Shown here in pieces: positions 17,661-27,314 of a stretch of DNA of 64,000 nucleotides; positions within the stretch are counted from its first letter, which is position 1; the number at the start of each line of letters is the position of its first letter. The stretch is from Hyphomicrobiales bacterium (GTDB lineage: Bacteria > Pseudomonadota > Alphaproteobacteria > Rhizobiales > OSC116): assembly GCA_013214705.1 (NCBI GenBank), contig JABSRZ010000006.1, positions 66,530 to 130,529 on the forward strand, given 5' to 3'. The position numbers were made by a program, and so were the translations under genes. The notes under the pieces are model-generated. The model saw only the letters and a list, made by a program, of their open reading frames with translations, was not told the DNA's origin and made no database searches.

Positions 17661-17690
17661 AATAGCCCATGTTTTGCATGGGCTATTTTT
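17661..17690. terminator. Hairpin terminator between convergent thiB and the hydrolase gene
   Basis: ATAGCCCATG, a 5-nt loop and CATGGGCTAT followed by T5. Confidence 0.7.
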
Positions 17691-18249
17691 ATGGGCTATA
17701 TTTGGCCAGCAGGCTTTTTACCGTATGAATGTCGGCAAAACGGCCCTGCAATACCAGTTCGGTTTTTTGTTTTATTTCGCCGGCGGAATAAACTGTGCCA
17801 CTGGCTTGATGTTGCATTTCAAAAGTATGGGTGGCTTCGGTTACATAATCGACATGATAGCCAAAATCTGAAGCGACGCGGGTGGTGGTTTCGCAGCATT
17901 GCTCGGTTCGGATGCCCGATATTATGATGTTTTTAACTTTATGTTCTGCGAGCCATTCGGCCAAGCCGCTATCGGTCAACGCATTGTGAATGGTTTTTTC
18001 GAACTTTCCATCTAGGTCGGTTGGCATAAACTCCATCGGCACACAGGTGCCAGATTGTTTAGACCAATTGCCAGTGGGTTCGATATGGATAATCTGCAAT
18101 GTCGGAATGTTGAGCGCTTTACAGCCGTTAATGAGGTTTAAAACGTTGGCTCTGAATTTATCAAACCCTTCGGCCGACCAATATGGCGCGCTGAAAAAGC
18201 TATCCTGAATGTCGATGGCCAAATGAATGGTGTCAAAAGTCTTGGTCAT
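17689..18249 (-). CDS. Isochorismatase / cysteine hydrolase family protein
   Basis: 186 aa with IIISGIRTEQCCETTTR, the catalytic-Cys segment typical of the family. Confidence 0.8.
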   Translation of the reverse strand: MTKTFDTIHLAIDIQDSFFSAPYWSAEGFDKFRANVLNLINGCKALNIPTLQIIHIEPTGNWSKQSGTCVPMEFMPTDLDGKFEKTIHNALTDSGLAEWLAEHKVKNIIISGIRTEQCCETTTRVASDFGYHVDYVTEATHTFEMQHQASGTVYSAGEIKQKTELVLQGRFADIHTVKSLLAKYSP

Positions 18250-18253
18250 AAGC

Positions 18254-18877
18254 TCACTTTTCTAATTTTTTGGTGTCTTCATCATCATCTACAATTAAAT
18301 GTTTATTGATGAAAACCATGCTGGCCATAGAAAATACAATGGTGATGGGCATAATGCCAAACACTTTAAAATCGACCCATGTGTCGGTGCTAAAGTTGCG
18401 CCAGACAATCTCGTTAACCACGGCAAGGCAAAAGAAAAATATTCCCCACATCACGGTTAGCTTGTGCCAACCGGCGGCGTCTAATTTTAAAAATGGCCCC
18501 ATAACATATTGGATGAGGGTTTTTTTGAAGAATAACCCACCCAATAATATAGTGCCAAAAATCACATTGACGATGGTAGGTTTGAGTTTAATGAATAATT
18601 CATCATGCAAATATAGGGTCAAACCACCAAAAATTAACACCACAAATAGGGTGATGATGGGCATAATGGCTATTTTGCGATCCATAACCCAGCGTATGCT
18701 GAGCGCGGCTATCAGGGTGACCATAAACGCGCCGGTGGCATAATAAATATTTTCCGACTTTTCGATGTCAAAAAACTGATGGGCGCGGCTATTGCCAATA
18801 AAAAACACCGCAAGTGGGAAGACTTCTAATAAAAAACCGAGGGTTTTTTTTGTATTTTCATTCATAATTTGGCTCAA
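18254..18877 (-). CDS. yciB: Intracellular septation / inner-membrane protein YciB (IspZ)
   Basis: 207 aa, collinear with E. coli YciB as I recall it (FGGLTL..HDE.FIK.KPT...; W.NFKVFG...). It holds the conserved position downstream of ftsY. Confidence 0.8.
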   Translation of the reverse strand: MSQIMNENTKKTLGFLLEVFPLAVFFIGNSRAHQFFDIEKSENIYYATGAFMVTLIAALSIRWVMDRKIAIMPIITLFVVLIFGGLTLYLHDELFIKLKPTIVNVIFGTILLGGLFFKKTLIQYVMGPFLKLDAAGWHKLTVMWGIFFFCLAVVNEIVWRNFSTDTWVDFKVFGIMPITIVFSMASMVFINKHLIVDDDEDTKKLEK

Positions 18878-18898
18878 ATTTTAAGTTGATTAGGCGGG

Positions 18899-19990
18899 TT
18901 ATAAGTTGGTTTGGGTGAGGGCATCGGCGAACTGTTTGGCATCAAACGGGGCTAAATCATCAATGGTTTCGCCAATGCCGATATAATGCACTGGCAGTTT
19001 AAACTTGGCGGCAATGGCGACCAATATCCCACCCTTGGCAGTGCCGTCCAATTTGGTCATCACCAAGCCAGAAATGTTGATTTTATCACCAAATATCTGC
19101 GCTTGGTTTACGGCATTTTGCCCCGTTGTGGCGTCTAATACCAGCAACGTCGCGTGCGGTGCGGTGGCATCTTGTTTTTTAATAACCCGGACTATTTTTT
19201 CTAACTCATCCATAAGTTCACTACGGTTTTGCAACCGGCCAGCGGTGTCAATTAGCAGCACGTCAATATTTTGCGCGCGGGCTTGGTCTATGGCCTCAAA
19301 AGCTAAGCTTGCGGCATCGCTGCCTGCGGGCGCGGTGACAACAGGCACATTGGCGCGTTGCCCCCAAATGGTCAGCTGTTCAACCGCTGCGGCGCGAAAA
19401 GTATCGCCAGCCGCCAGCATTACTTTTTTGCCTTCAGCTTGTAATTTGGCAGCCATTTTGCCAATGGTGGTGGTTTTGCCAGCGCCATTTACGCCGGTCA
19501 TTAAAATAATATAGGGTTTTATTTTGGTGTCGATGATGAGAGGTTTGGCAACCGGGGTGAGGATTTGGGTGATTTCTTGGTTCAATAATTGCCTGATTTG
19601 CTCGGGTTCTATTTCTTTGTCATAAGAGGTTTTGGCCAGAGCTTCGGATATTTTCATCGCGGTTTGCGTGCCCAAATCGGCCTGTATGAGAATGTCCTCA
19701 AGCGCCTCTAAAGTTTCATCGTCTAATTTTTTTTTGGTAAAAATATTACCAATGCCCGAAACCAAATTGCTATTGCTTTTGGATAGGCCTTGGGTGAGAC
19801 GCTTAAACCAAGTTTTTTTGCTGGGCTCGGGCACGGCAAGGTCTGTGGCGGGGGTGGATGGTTCAATATTTTGGTCTGCAGCATTATCGGCTGCCAATGT
19901 CGCTTCATCGGCAATATTTGCGCTGTCTTCATTGGCGTTGTCTTCAACCGTGTTGGTTTGGGCTTTTTTGCCAAATAGTTTTTTAAACAT
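18899..19990 (-). CDS. ftsY: Signal recognition particle receptor FtsY
   Basis: An acidic N-terminal region is followed by an NG domain with GVNGAGKTTTIGK, DTAGR and TKLDGTAKGG motifs. I place the start at the ATG at 19990 (MFKKLFGKK), 2 nt after the mtaB stop. Confidence 0.92.
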   Translation of the reverse strand: MFKKLFGKKAQTNTVEDNANEDSANIADEATLAADNAADQNIEPSTPATDLAVPEPSKKTWFKRLTQGLSKSNSNLVSGIGNIFTKKKLDDETLEALEDILIQADLGTQTAMKISEALAKTSYDKEIEPEQIRQLLNQEITQILTPVAKPLIIDTKIKPYIILMTGVNGAGKTTTIGKMAAKLQAEGKKVMLAAGDTFRAAAVEQLTIWGQRANVPVVTAPAGSDAASLAFEAIDQARAQNIDVLLIDTAGRLQNRSELMDELEKIVRVIKKQDATAPHATLLVLDATTGQNAVNQAQIFGDKINISGLVMTKLDGTAKGGILVAIAAKFKLPVHYIGIGETIDDLAPFDAKQFADALTQTNL

Positions 19991-19992
19991 AG

Positions 19993-21279
19993 TTAAACAT
20001 CGCCTTCGCGCCAAACGGTCGCGCGTAATTCTGTGTCAGTTTTGCCAATAATCTTGGCTTTTATAATATGGCCTGCTTGATGCTCATTATCAAGGGTGAC
20101 CGCGGTGAAATGTTCTGTACGGCCTTTATTGTTTTTTTCGACCAAAATATGCCGAATGCAATTTTGTTCTGACTGCAAATGTCGGTTTAGCGCTTGTTTG
20201 GCTTTGTGGCGCAATTGTTGCGCGCGCTGTTTAATGATGCCTCCATCTAATTGTGGCATACGGGCAGCTGGCGTTCCCTGGCGGGCAGAAAATGGAAAAA
20301 TATGCAAATTGGTCAGGCCGCAATCATCTATCAAACTAAGTGAATTGGCGAACATGGCATCGGTTTCGGTCGGGAAGCCGGCAATCAGGTCTGCGCCCAA
20401 AACAATATCGGGGCGGATTTTGCGGGCATCTTCGCAAAATTTAACCGCGTCATCGCGCAGGTGACGTCTCTTCATGCGTTTTAAAATCATATCATCGCCA
20501 TGCTGCAAACTTAAATGCAGGCTCGGCATCAAACGTAAATCGCTCAAAGCATCCATAAGTTCAGCATCGGCTTCGACACTATCGATGGATGAAATGCGTA
20601 AACGCGGCAGGTCGGGCACCATTTTTAAAATGCGCTGCACCAAATTTCCCAATGGTGGCTGGTTGGGTAAATCGCTGCCATATGATGTGATGTCAACCCC
20701 GGTTAGCACAATTTCTTTATAGCCATTGCCAACCAAGATTTTGATTTGGTTGATAACTTCACCGGCGGCAACACTGCGGCTAACCCCGCGCCCAAACGGG
20801 ATGATGCAAAAAGTACATCTATGGTCGCAGCCATTTTGCACTTGCACAAAGGCGCGGGTATGCTCACTCATGCCTTGAATGAGGTGGCCAGCGGTTTCTT
20901 TGACGCTCATGATGTCGTTAACTTTTAAGCGCTCCTCGCGGCTTAAGCCAAAGTCGATGGCTTGGTAGCTTTTGGCGTGCATTTTTTCATCATTGCCGAG
21001 CAATAGATCGACCTCGGGCATGGCCGCATAAGTGTCGGTTTCGACCTGAGCGCCACAACCAGTGACGATGATACGGGCAGTGGGGTTAGCTTTTTTGGCT
21101 TTGCGAATGGCTTGGCGGGCTTGGCGGCTGGCCTCGTTGGTGACCGCGCAGGTGTTAAAAACAATGCTATTGTCGATCCCAGATTTATCCAAATTGGCTT
21201 TAATCACCTCAGATTCATAGGTGTTGAGCCGGCAACCAAAGGTGACAACTTGATTTTCGATGAAGTTCTTGGCGGTCAT
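19993..21279 (-). CDS. mtaB: Radical SAM methylthiotransferase, MtaB-type (MiaB-like)
   Basis: 428 aa with an N-terminal UPF0004 domain (TFGCRLNTYESE), a radical SAM CDHRCTFC cluster motif and a C-terminal TRAM-like end. It holds the conserved dapF-mtaB-ftsY position. Confidence 0.85.
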   Translation of the reverse strand: MTAKNFIENQVVTFGCRLNTYESEVIKANLDKSGIDNSIVFNTCAVTNEASRQARQAIRKAKKANPTARIIVTGCGAQVETDTYAAMPEVDLLLGNDEKMHAKSYQAIDFGLSREERLKVNDIMSVKETAGHLIQGMSEHTRAFVQVQNGCDHRCTFCIIPFGRGVSRSVAAGEVINQIKILVGNGYKEIVLTGVDITSYGSDLPNQPPLGNLVQRILKMVPDLPRLRISSIDSVEADAELMDALSDLRLMPSLHLSLQHGDDMILKRMKRRHLRDDAVKFCEDARKIRPDIVLGADLIAGFPTETDAMFANSLSLIDDCGLTNLHIFPFSARQGTPAARMPQLDGGIIKQRAQQLRHKAKQALNRHLQSEQNCIRHILVEKNNKGRTEHFTAVTLDNEHQAGHIIKAKIIGKTDTELRATVWREGDV

Positions 21280-22199
21280 TTGCTGGCTTCCTGTGGCGCA
21301 AAAACAGTGTCTTTTAACAAAAATATCTCGGCAGCTAAACTACTTTCATAATCTAGCATCCAGTCGCCGCTCATCAATACATTATTATTGGCAGTCCATT
21401 CGATGTTGATTTGCCCGGCCGGTACCAAAATAGCCACTTTATTGCCAGTGAATCCGCGTCGATGCGCCGAAACCGCTGCGGCACAAGCGGCGGTGCCGCA
21501 AGCTTGGGTTATGCCAACACCGCGCTCCCAAGTGCGCAATATAACTTGGTCATTTGGCAACACCTGAGCCACCGATACATTGGCTTTTTCAGGAAACAAC
21601 GGGTGGTTTTCAATCATCGGGCCGAATTTTTCTAGGCCATATTCGTCGGGGTGTTTATCGGCCCAAAAAACCACATGCGGGTTGCCCATATTCATCACCG
21701 ATGGAGTGTGCAATATCGGGTTGCCCAACGGGCCAACCTCTAATTCTATGCCCGCCGTGTCGTGAAATTCTTCACTTAGGGGGATTTGATCCCAATTTAA
21801 TTTGGCTTGGCCAATGTTGGCGGTCACTATGCGTTGCTCGGCCATATTGGTATTTTGGCTGCACAGCTCAGCTTCAAACCGGGCGAATTTTTTGCCGTCA
21901 TTGGTCTCGATGCTGCATTCATCTTGGCCTAAATTTTGCATTATCAACGCACCAACACAGCGCGTGGCGTTGCCGCAGGCGTTCACTTGGCTGCCATCGG
22001 CGTTATATATACGCATAAATACGTCGGCAATTTGCGAGTTTTCAAGCACAATTAACTGGTCATAGCCAATGCCGGTTTGTTTGTTGGCAATGGCTTGCAG
22101 GGTGGCGACAGACAATGAGAAATCGTGTTTGCGGGCATCTAACACCACAAATTCGTTGCCCAGCCCATTCATTTTTAAAAACGGAATGTCTTTTTGCAT
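21276..22199 (-). CDS. dapF: Diaminopimelate epimerase
   Basis: FLKMNGLGNEFVVLD at the N-terminus, with catalytic Cys segments (NACGNATRC; QACGTAACA). The ATG at 22199 is preferred over the GTG at 22208. Its stop overlaps the mtaB start (ATGA). Confidence 0.9.
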   Translation of the reverse strand: MQKDIPFLKMNGLGNEFVVLDARKHDFSLSVATLQAIANKQTGIGYDQLIVLENSQIADVFMRIYNADGSQVNACGNATRCVGALIMQNLGQDECSIETNDGKKFARFEAELCSQNTNMAEQRIVTANIGQAKLNWDQIPLSEEFHDTAGIELEVGPLGNPILHTPSVMNMGNPHVVFWADKHPDEYGLEKFGPMIENHPLFPEKANVSVAQVLPNDQVILRTWERGVGITQACGTAACAAAVSAHRRGFTGNKVAILVPAGQINIEWTANNNVLMSGDWMLDYESSLAAEIFLLKDTVFAPQEASK

Positions 22200-22377
22200 A
22201 TTTATCACCAGTTAAATTGCGCTTATAATAGCGTAATTATCATCTTTTTTGAAGCCTTGTTATAGAGCGGCTTAGCTCAGGTTTAAAGGCTTTATTTCAG
22301 ATGGGTAAATTATGCTTTTATCTTGTTGTAAATATGTTTATATTGCAAGTTAGTGAGACTAAATGAGAAACCTTAAT

Positions 22378-23367
22378 ATGCGTTTGCAAATTGTGACCGA
22401 TGCTTGGCATCCTCAGGTGAATGGCGTTGTACGCACCATAGAATACATCATTGCCGAAGCGCGCAAACTTGGCCATGAGGTCGAGTTGATTACCAGTGAC
22501 GGCCTCAAAACATTTGCCATACCGTTTTATCCCGAAATTAAAATTGCCCCCAGAGCCAAAAACCATGTGGTGGCACAAATTAAGCAGTTTAAGCCCGATT
22601 ATGTGCACATTGCCACCGAAGGCACATTAGGCCTTGCGGCGCGAAATTATTGCAAAAAAAATAATATAGAATTTATCAATTGTTACCACACAAATTACCC
22701 CGAATATTTTAAGCAGATGATTCATTTCCCTGAATTCATAACTTATGCGGCGTTAAGGTGGTTTCACAAACCAGCAAAAATCGTGCTGGCCACCACCGAG
22801 CGGATGGTGAGAGATTTGCGCGCCCGTGGTTTTAAGAATATTGCGGTGTGGGGACGCGGGGTGGACACCAAATTATTCACACCTGAGGGCGATAAAGCGG
22901 TCGAGCTAGATGGCCCAGTATTTTGCTATATTGGCCGGATTTCGGTCGAAAAAAATATCAAAGCTTTTTTAGATTTAGATTTACCGGGCAGTAAATTGGT
23001 GGTGGGTGATGGCCCACAATTGGCCGAGCTAAAAGCCCAATATAAAGATGTTTATTTTGCCGGCAACCAACAAGGTGATGATTTAGCTGCCTATTATAGA
23101 AGCGCCGATGTATTTGTATTTGCAAGCAAAACCGACACATTTGGTTTGGTGCTGTTAGAAGCGCTGGCTTGTGGGTTGCCAGTGGCGGCCTACCCGGTGC
23201 GTGGCCCGGCGGATGTATTGCCAGGTTGCGAAGCTGCGGTGATGGATGATGATTTGCAAAAAGCCGCGCTGCAAGCGCTACCCTTAAGCAAAACCAAGGC
23301 GCGTTTATTTGCCGAGCAGCATAGCTGGGCAGCTTGTGTGGCTGATTTCCTAAAATATATGCAATGA
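22378..23367 (+). CDS. Glycosyltransferase family 4 (GT-B, group 1)
   Basis: MRLQIVTDAWHPQVNGVVRT N-terminus and a C-terminal E-x7-E-like region (FGLVLLEALACGLPV). An alternative ATG lies at 22363. Confidence 0.85.
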   Translation: MRLQIVTDAWHPQVNGVVRTIEYIIAEARKLGHEVELITSDGLKTFAIPFYPEIKIAPRAKNHVVAQIKQFKPDYVHIATEGTLGLAARNYCKKNNIEFINCYHTNYPEYFKQMIHFPEFITYAALRWFHKPAKIVLATTERMVRDLRARGFKNIAVWGRGVDTKLFTPEGDKAVELDGPVFCYIGRISVEKNIKAFLDLDLPGSKLVVGDGPQLAELKAQYKDVYFAGNQQGDDLAAYYRSADVFVFASKTDTFGLVLLEALACGLPVAAYPVRGPADVLPGCEAAVMDDDLQKAALQALPLSKTKARLFAEQHSWAACVADFLKYMQ

Positions 23368-23398
23368 GAAAGACACTATAGCGGTAAAGATGGACAAA

Positions 23399-24424
23399 TT
23401 ACATCTCGACTTTTGCCCATAATTTTTGCGACAATTCGGGCAGGGTGTTGAGCTTGCCTTGTTTAATCCACGCAACCAATTCACCGGCAACATCCGGCCA
23501 AGTGACTTGTTTGGGTATGTTTTTTAACAGCCATTTTTCGATATTTTGGGTATTTATTTTATCTTCGGTTTGCGACCAGTCCAATTGATCTAGCGTATTG
23601 GCATTTGAAATTTGCTCAATTTGGTTTTGCAACGGTTCGATTAACAGTTTTTTGCCCATTTGCAGCGCTTCGGACGGCAATTCAAACCCTGCATTGCTAA
23701 TAATACCATCACACCGCGCCATATATTTGGCAAAGCCATCGCGTGAGAACGCATGAAAATGCAAATGATCATATTTTGCCTCGGCCGTATCAGCATGAAA
23801 AATATGGAAATTATATTTTTTGAAACCGCGCAATAATTCGATTATTTCGCTGGTGGAATGAAATGGAATATAAACCAAAATTTCATTATTCGAACTGGTT
23901 ATTTTATTGGTATTTGGGGCAATAATTGGCGGCAATATATGCTCGTCAAATTGTTGCCAATGTATGCCAATGGGTTGGCTGGTAGGGGCATAATGCTTCA
24001 TGCTTAAATTAAAAATGAAATTGCGTTTTACAAAGGGTATTTTATATAAAAATGCCGACTGGTGTGACAGACCGATGGACTTGAATTTACTAAGCTTGGC
24101 CGCCCATGCGGTTACCGGTTCAAAATCATTTATCAGCAGGTCATATTGGCTGAAATCGATTGATTTAATGTCTTTGTAAAATTGGAGAAGCTTGGCGCTA
24201 AACATAGATTTGAGAATGTTTAATTTGTGGTTTTCGATGATGAAAGACAAGCCATTATAGGTTTTATAATTGCCAAAAACTTGCATATCAAAATACTGCG
24301 CCGCTGGGCGACCAGAAAACACCCAATCGACCTCGATGTCGTATTTTTTTAATGCAGCCGCCATAACACGCGCGCGGCCTATATGGCCGTTGCCGGTGGC
24401 TTGAACTGCATATAGAATTTTCAT
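23399..24424 (-). CDS. Glycosyltransferase, MJ1255/MGT-like family
   Basis: 341 aa with MKILYAVQATGNGHIGRA at the N-terminus, typical of this UDP-glycosyltransferase-like family. Confidence 0.75.
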   Translation of the reverse strand: MKILYAVQATGNGHIGRARVMAAALKKYDIEVDWVFSGRPAAQYFDMQVFGNYKTYNGLSFIIENHKLNILKSMFSAKLLQFYKDIKSIDFSQYDLLINDFEPVTAWAAKLSKFKSIGLSHQSAFLYKIPFVKRNFIFNLSMKHYAPTSQPIGIHWQQFDEHILPPIIAPNTNKITSSNNEILVYIPFHSTSEIIELLRGFKKYNFHIFHADTAEAKYDHLHFHAFSRDGFAKYMARCDGIISNAGFELPSEALQMGKKLLIEPLQNQIEQISNANTLDQLDWSQTEDKINTQNIEKWLLKNIPKQVTWPDVAGELVAWIKQGKLNTLPELSQKLWAKVEM

Positions 24425-24482
24425 AAATGAATGCCGAGGGTTGTTTCGGCCGAGTGTACATTATTTTGTTAATATGTAAAAG

Positions 24483-24516
24483 AAAATGATGCAGAAACAA
24501 ACGTCTGCATCATTTT
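24483..24516 (-). terminator. Rho-independent terminator of the EF-hand gene
   Basis: A 13-bp stem AAAATGATGCAGA / TCTGCATCATTTT. On the minus-strand RNA it is followed by UUUUCUUUU. Confidence 0.75.
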
Positions 24517-24539
24517 AAAGTTAGCGAAATTTTACTGGT

Positions 24540-25001
24540 TTAGCCTTTATGTCCGCCACCATGGTTACCACCGCGTTTGCCGCCTTTAGGGCCGGCTTTG
24601 GCGCCTGCTGCTAATTCTTCTGGGCTAATTTGGCCATCTGAATCGGTATCTAGCTTGGCGAAGCGTTCGGCTTGCATAGCGGCTTTTTTAGCATCACCCC
24701 AAGCGGTTAATTCTTCTTGGCTTAATGTGCCATCGCCGTTCACATCATAAATTGCAAATTGGGCATCTTTATAAGCTTGCATTTCGTCTTTGCTCACTTT
24801 GCCGTCGTCATCTGTGTCCGCCGCATCGATGATAAATTGTGGTAGTTGACGTGCGCCTTTGTTAAAGCCGCCTTTTTTAGATTGTTTTTCATAACGTTGG
24901 CCACCTTGGTTGTTGCTATCTTCATGATGGGCGTAAGCCGCTGTGCCAGAAAAAATTACGGTGGCAGCTATTAGAGAAGCGATAAGAGTATTTTTGGTCA
25001 T
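24540..25001 (-). CDS. Secreted EF-hand calcium-binding protein
   Basis: The start is at the ATG at 25001 (MTKNTLIASLIAATVIFSGTAAYA signal peptide, SD AAGGA). It has three canonical EF loops (DTDDDGKVSKDE, DVNGDGTLSQEE, DTDSDGQISPEE) and a Gly/Lys/His-rich tail. Confidence 0.85.
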   Translation of the reverse strand: MTKNTLIASLIAATVIFSGTAAYAHHEDSNNQGGQRYEKQSKKGGFNKGARQLPQFIIDAADTDDDGKVSKDEMQAYKDAQFAIYDVNGDGTLSQEELTAWGDAKKAAMQAERFAKLDTDSDGQISPEELAAGAKAGPKGGKRGGNHGGGHKG

Positions 25002-25118
25002 TTTATGTTCCTTTAAGAGAGAGTTTATTGTGTCTACAACATCAGATATAGAGGTCAATTGTTACTGAAAAAGGGCAAAAAAACACTGTTTGGTTAGCAA
25101 ATGTCACAGGCGTGGCTG

Positions 25119-25138
25119 GTGTTACAAATTGTTACATT
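25119..25138. promoter_or_regulatory. Tandem direct repeat TGTTACAAAT TGTTACATTT (10-bp phasing) in the EF-hand/response-regulator spacer
   Basis: Two adjacent 10-mers share TGTTACA. A third TGTTAC lies at 25060-25065, and TAAGTGAATAT is repeated at 25149 and 25176. The phasing fits the binding mode of an OmpR/PhoB-type regulator. Confidence 0.35.
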
Positions 25139-25218
25139 TATTATGGTTTTAAGTGAATATAAGCGCATATGATGTATAAGTGAATATTGTTTAGTGGTTT
25201 AATTTGGGTAAAACAAAA

Positions 25219-25941
25219 ATGCAAAATGGACATATATATATAGTCGATGACAATAAGGACATTCGTGACCTTACCGGGCGCTATTTAACCCAGCATGGTT
25301 ATAAGACCAGCACGGCCGAAGACGGGCGTGCATTACGCGCCTTGGTAAAAGCCGGTTTGCCCGATTTGGTGGTGCTAGACATTATGATGCCCGGAGAAGA
25401 TGGGTTAAGCATTTGCCGGTTTCTACGCGAAACTACGCAAGTGCCAGTTATTTTGTTAACCGCCATGGCCGATGAGACCGATAGAATCATTGGCCTAGAA
25501 ATGGGCGCCGATGATTATTTGGTTAAACCGTTTAACCCGCGTGAATTATTGGCGCGGATCAAATCGGTGTTACGCCGCACCCAAAGCTTGCCACCGCGGA
25601 AATTGCATGACATCGAAACCTCGACTTTTGCCAAATTTGACCGGTGGAAGTTAGACGTAAGAGCGCGGGAATTAATTGACGAAAATGATGTGAGCTATGT
25701 TCTAAGCACTGCCGAATATATGTTGCTTTCGGTGTTTTTATTGCATCCAAATGTAGAGCTTGACCGCGATAAATTACTTGACCTGGCGCGGGGCCGCGAG
25801 GCGCAATTATTCGATAGATCTATCGATAATTTGGTCAGCCGCTTGCGCCGTAAAGTTGAGCTAGATATTAAAAAACCCGAATTGATCAAAACCGTTTGGG
25901 GCAAAGGTTATATATTTAGCTCCGAAGTGGAGTTGATATAA
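25219..25941 (+). CDS. OmpR/PhoB family response regulator
   Basis: A receiver domain (DD...D phospho-acceptor in LVVLDIMMPGEDG, K in DDYLVKPF) plus a winged-helix C-terminal domain (TVWGKGYIF). The ATG at 25219 is preferred over the TTG at 25204. Confidence 0.9.
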   Translation: MQNGHIYIVDDNKDIRDLTGRYLTQHGYKTSTAEDGRALRALVKAGLPDLVVLDIMMPGEDGLSICRFLRETTQVPVILLTAMADETDRIIGLEMGADDYLVKPFNPRELLARIKSVLRRTQSLPPRKLHDIETSTFAKFDRWKLDVRARELIDENDVSYVLSTAEYMLLSVFLLHPNVELDRDKLLDLARGREAQLFDRSIDNLVSRLRRKVELDIKKPELIKTVWGKGYIFSSEVELI

Positions 25942-27305
25942 TGAGCTTTTATCCAAAAACTTTATGGGGGCAACTGGTTTCATTATTGTTATTGGCGCTC
26001 ATCATATCGCAATTGATTGCACTGGCTATATTTGCCGACACGCGGCGGATTTATGAAACCAACCTATCTGAAGAGCAGCTGATTAGCCGCATCGTCATTG
26101 CTGCCAAGCAAATAAAAAACTCTGATAGACGTTTTGCCCCCCGCATTTTGCGCGATGCAAGTAACCGCAATGTTAGGCTAACTTTGGCTCGCCGTGTGCC
26201 GCCTATGCCAGATAATATGCCAACCTATTCAGCCAATCTGCAAACTAAAATATTGGCAGAACTTACCGATGTGACCAAAGTTGTAAATGTTACATCCTTT
26301 GCGCCCAATGCGCCCCAACATTTGGCTTTTTGGCGCGACAGACGGCCGGATAAAATACATGTGAATGTGAAATTGTCGCCAAACACCTGGTTGGTGGCCG
26401 ATTATTTTCAAAAAAAACCAGTAAATGGCTGGATTTCCCCGCTATTGGTGACCATGCTATTGATGGTTATATCCATTATTTTAGTGGTTTCACTGGTGGT
26501 GCGAAGGCTCACCAAGCCGTTGGGCGAGCTGGCCAAAGCCGCTTACAATTTGGGACATGGCCAAGATGTTGGCGAATTGCACGAAGTGGGCACGGAAGAT
26601 GTGCGCAATGTGATACGCTCATTTAACCAGATGAACAAAAAAATAAAACGTTTTGTGGATGACAGAACCAAAATGTTGGCGGCCATTTCGCATGATTTGC
26701 GTACCCCGATAACTTCGCTTAGGTTGCGTGCCGAATTTATTGAAGATAAAGACATGCAGGGCAAGATTTTAGCCACGTTAGAAGAAATGCAAATGATGAC
26801 CGAAGCGGCGCTTAAATTTGCCAAAGACAGCCATTCCAAAGAAACTACCAAAAATATAGATTTGGCCAGCCTGCTTGAAACATTGGCGAGTGATTATAAA
26901 GATATGGGCAAATCTGTATCGTTAATAGATGATGCCGATGTGGCGCAGATCATTCTGCCATTGCGGGTGCAATCGATAAAACGGGCGATCAGAAACCTCA
27001 TTGACAATGGGTTAAAATATGGCGGCGAAGTGACCATGCGGTTTGCGTTGAATAAGCCTGAAAACCATGCTGAAATTTATATTTGTGACAATGGCAAAGG
27101 CATTGATGAGAACGAGTTTGAACAAGTATTTGAACCTTTTTTTCGGCTGGAAAAATCGCGTAATAAAGACACAGGCGGCGTGGGGCTAGGCTTGTCTATA
27201 GCGCGCAATATTATTGCCGCGCATGGCGGCGAGGTTAATTTGCACAATGTCAAAACAGACGGCAAAACAAACGGGTTTGAAGTTCAAATCATTCTGCCAT
27301 TATAA
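25941..27305 (+). CDS. Sensor histidine kinase (EnvZ-like: 2 TM, HAMP, HisKA, HATPase_c)
   Basis: H-box AAISHDLRTPITSL, N-box IRNLIDNGLKYG, G1 DNGKGI and G2 GGVGLGLSIA. Its start overlaps the response-regulator stop (TAATG). Confidence 0.9.
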   Translation: MSFYPKTLWGQLVSLLLLALIISQLIALAIFADTRRIYETNLSEEQLISRIVIAAKQIKNSDRRFAPRILRDASNRNVRLTLARRVPPMPDNMPTYSANLQTKILAELTDVTKVVNVTSFAPNAPQHLAFWRDRRPDKIHVNVKLSPNTWLVADYFQKKPVNGWISPLLVTMLLMVISIILVVSLVVRRLTKPLGELAKAAYNLGHGQDVGELHEVGTEDVRNVIRSFNQMNKKIKRFVDDRTKMLAAISHDLRTPITSLRLRAEFIEDKDMQGKILATLEEMQMMTEAALKFAKDSHSKETTKNIDLASLLETLASDYKDMGKSVSLIDDADVAQIILPLRVQSIKRAIRNLIDNGLKYGGEVTMRFALNKPENHAEIYICDNGKGIDENEFEQVFEPFFRLEKSRNKDTGGVGLGLSIARNIIAAHGGEVNLHNVKTDGKTNGFEVQIILPL

Positions 27306-27314
27306 AGTTTTTTA

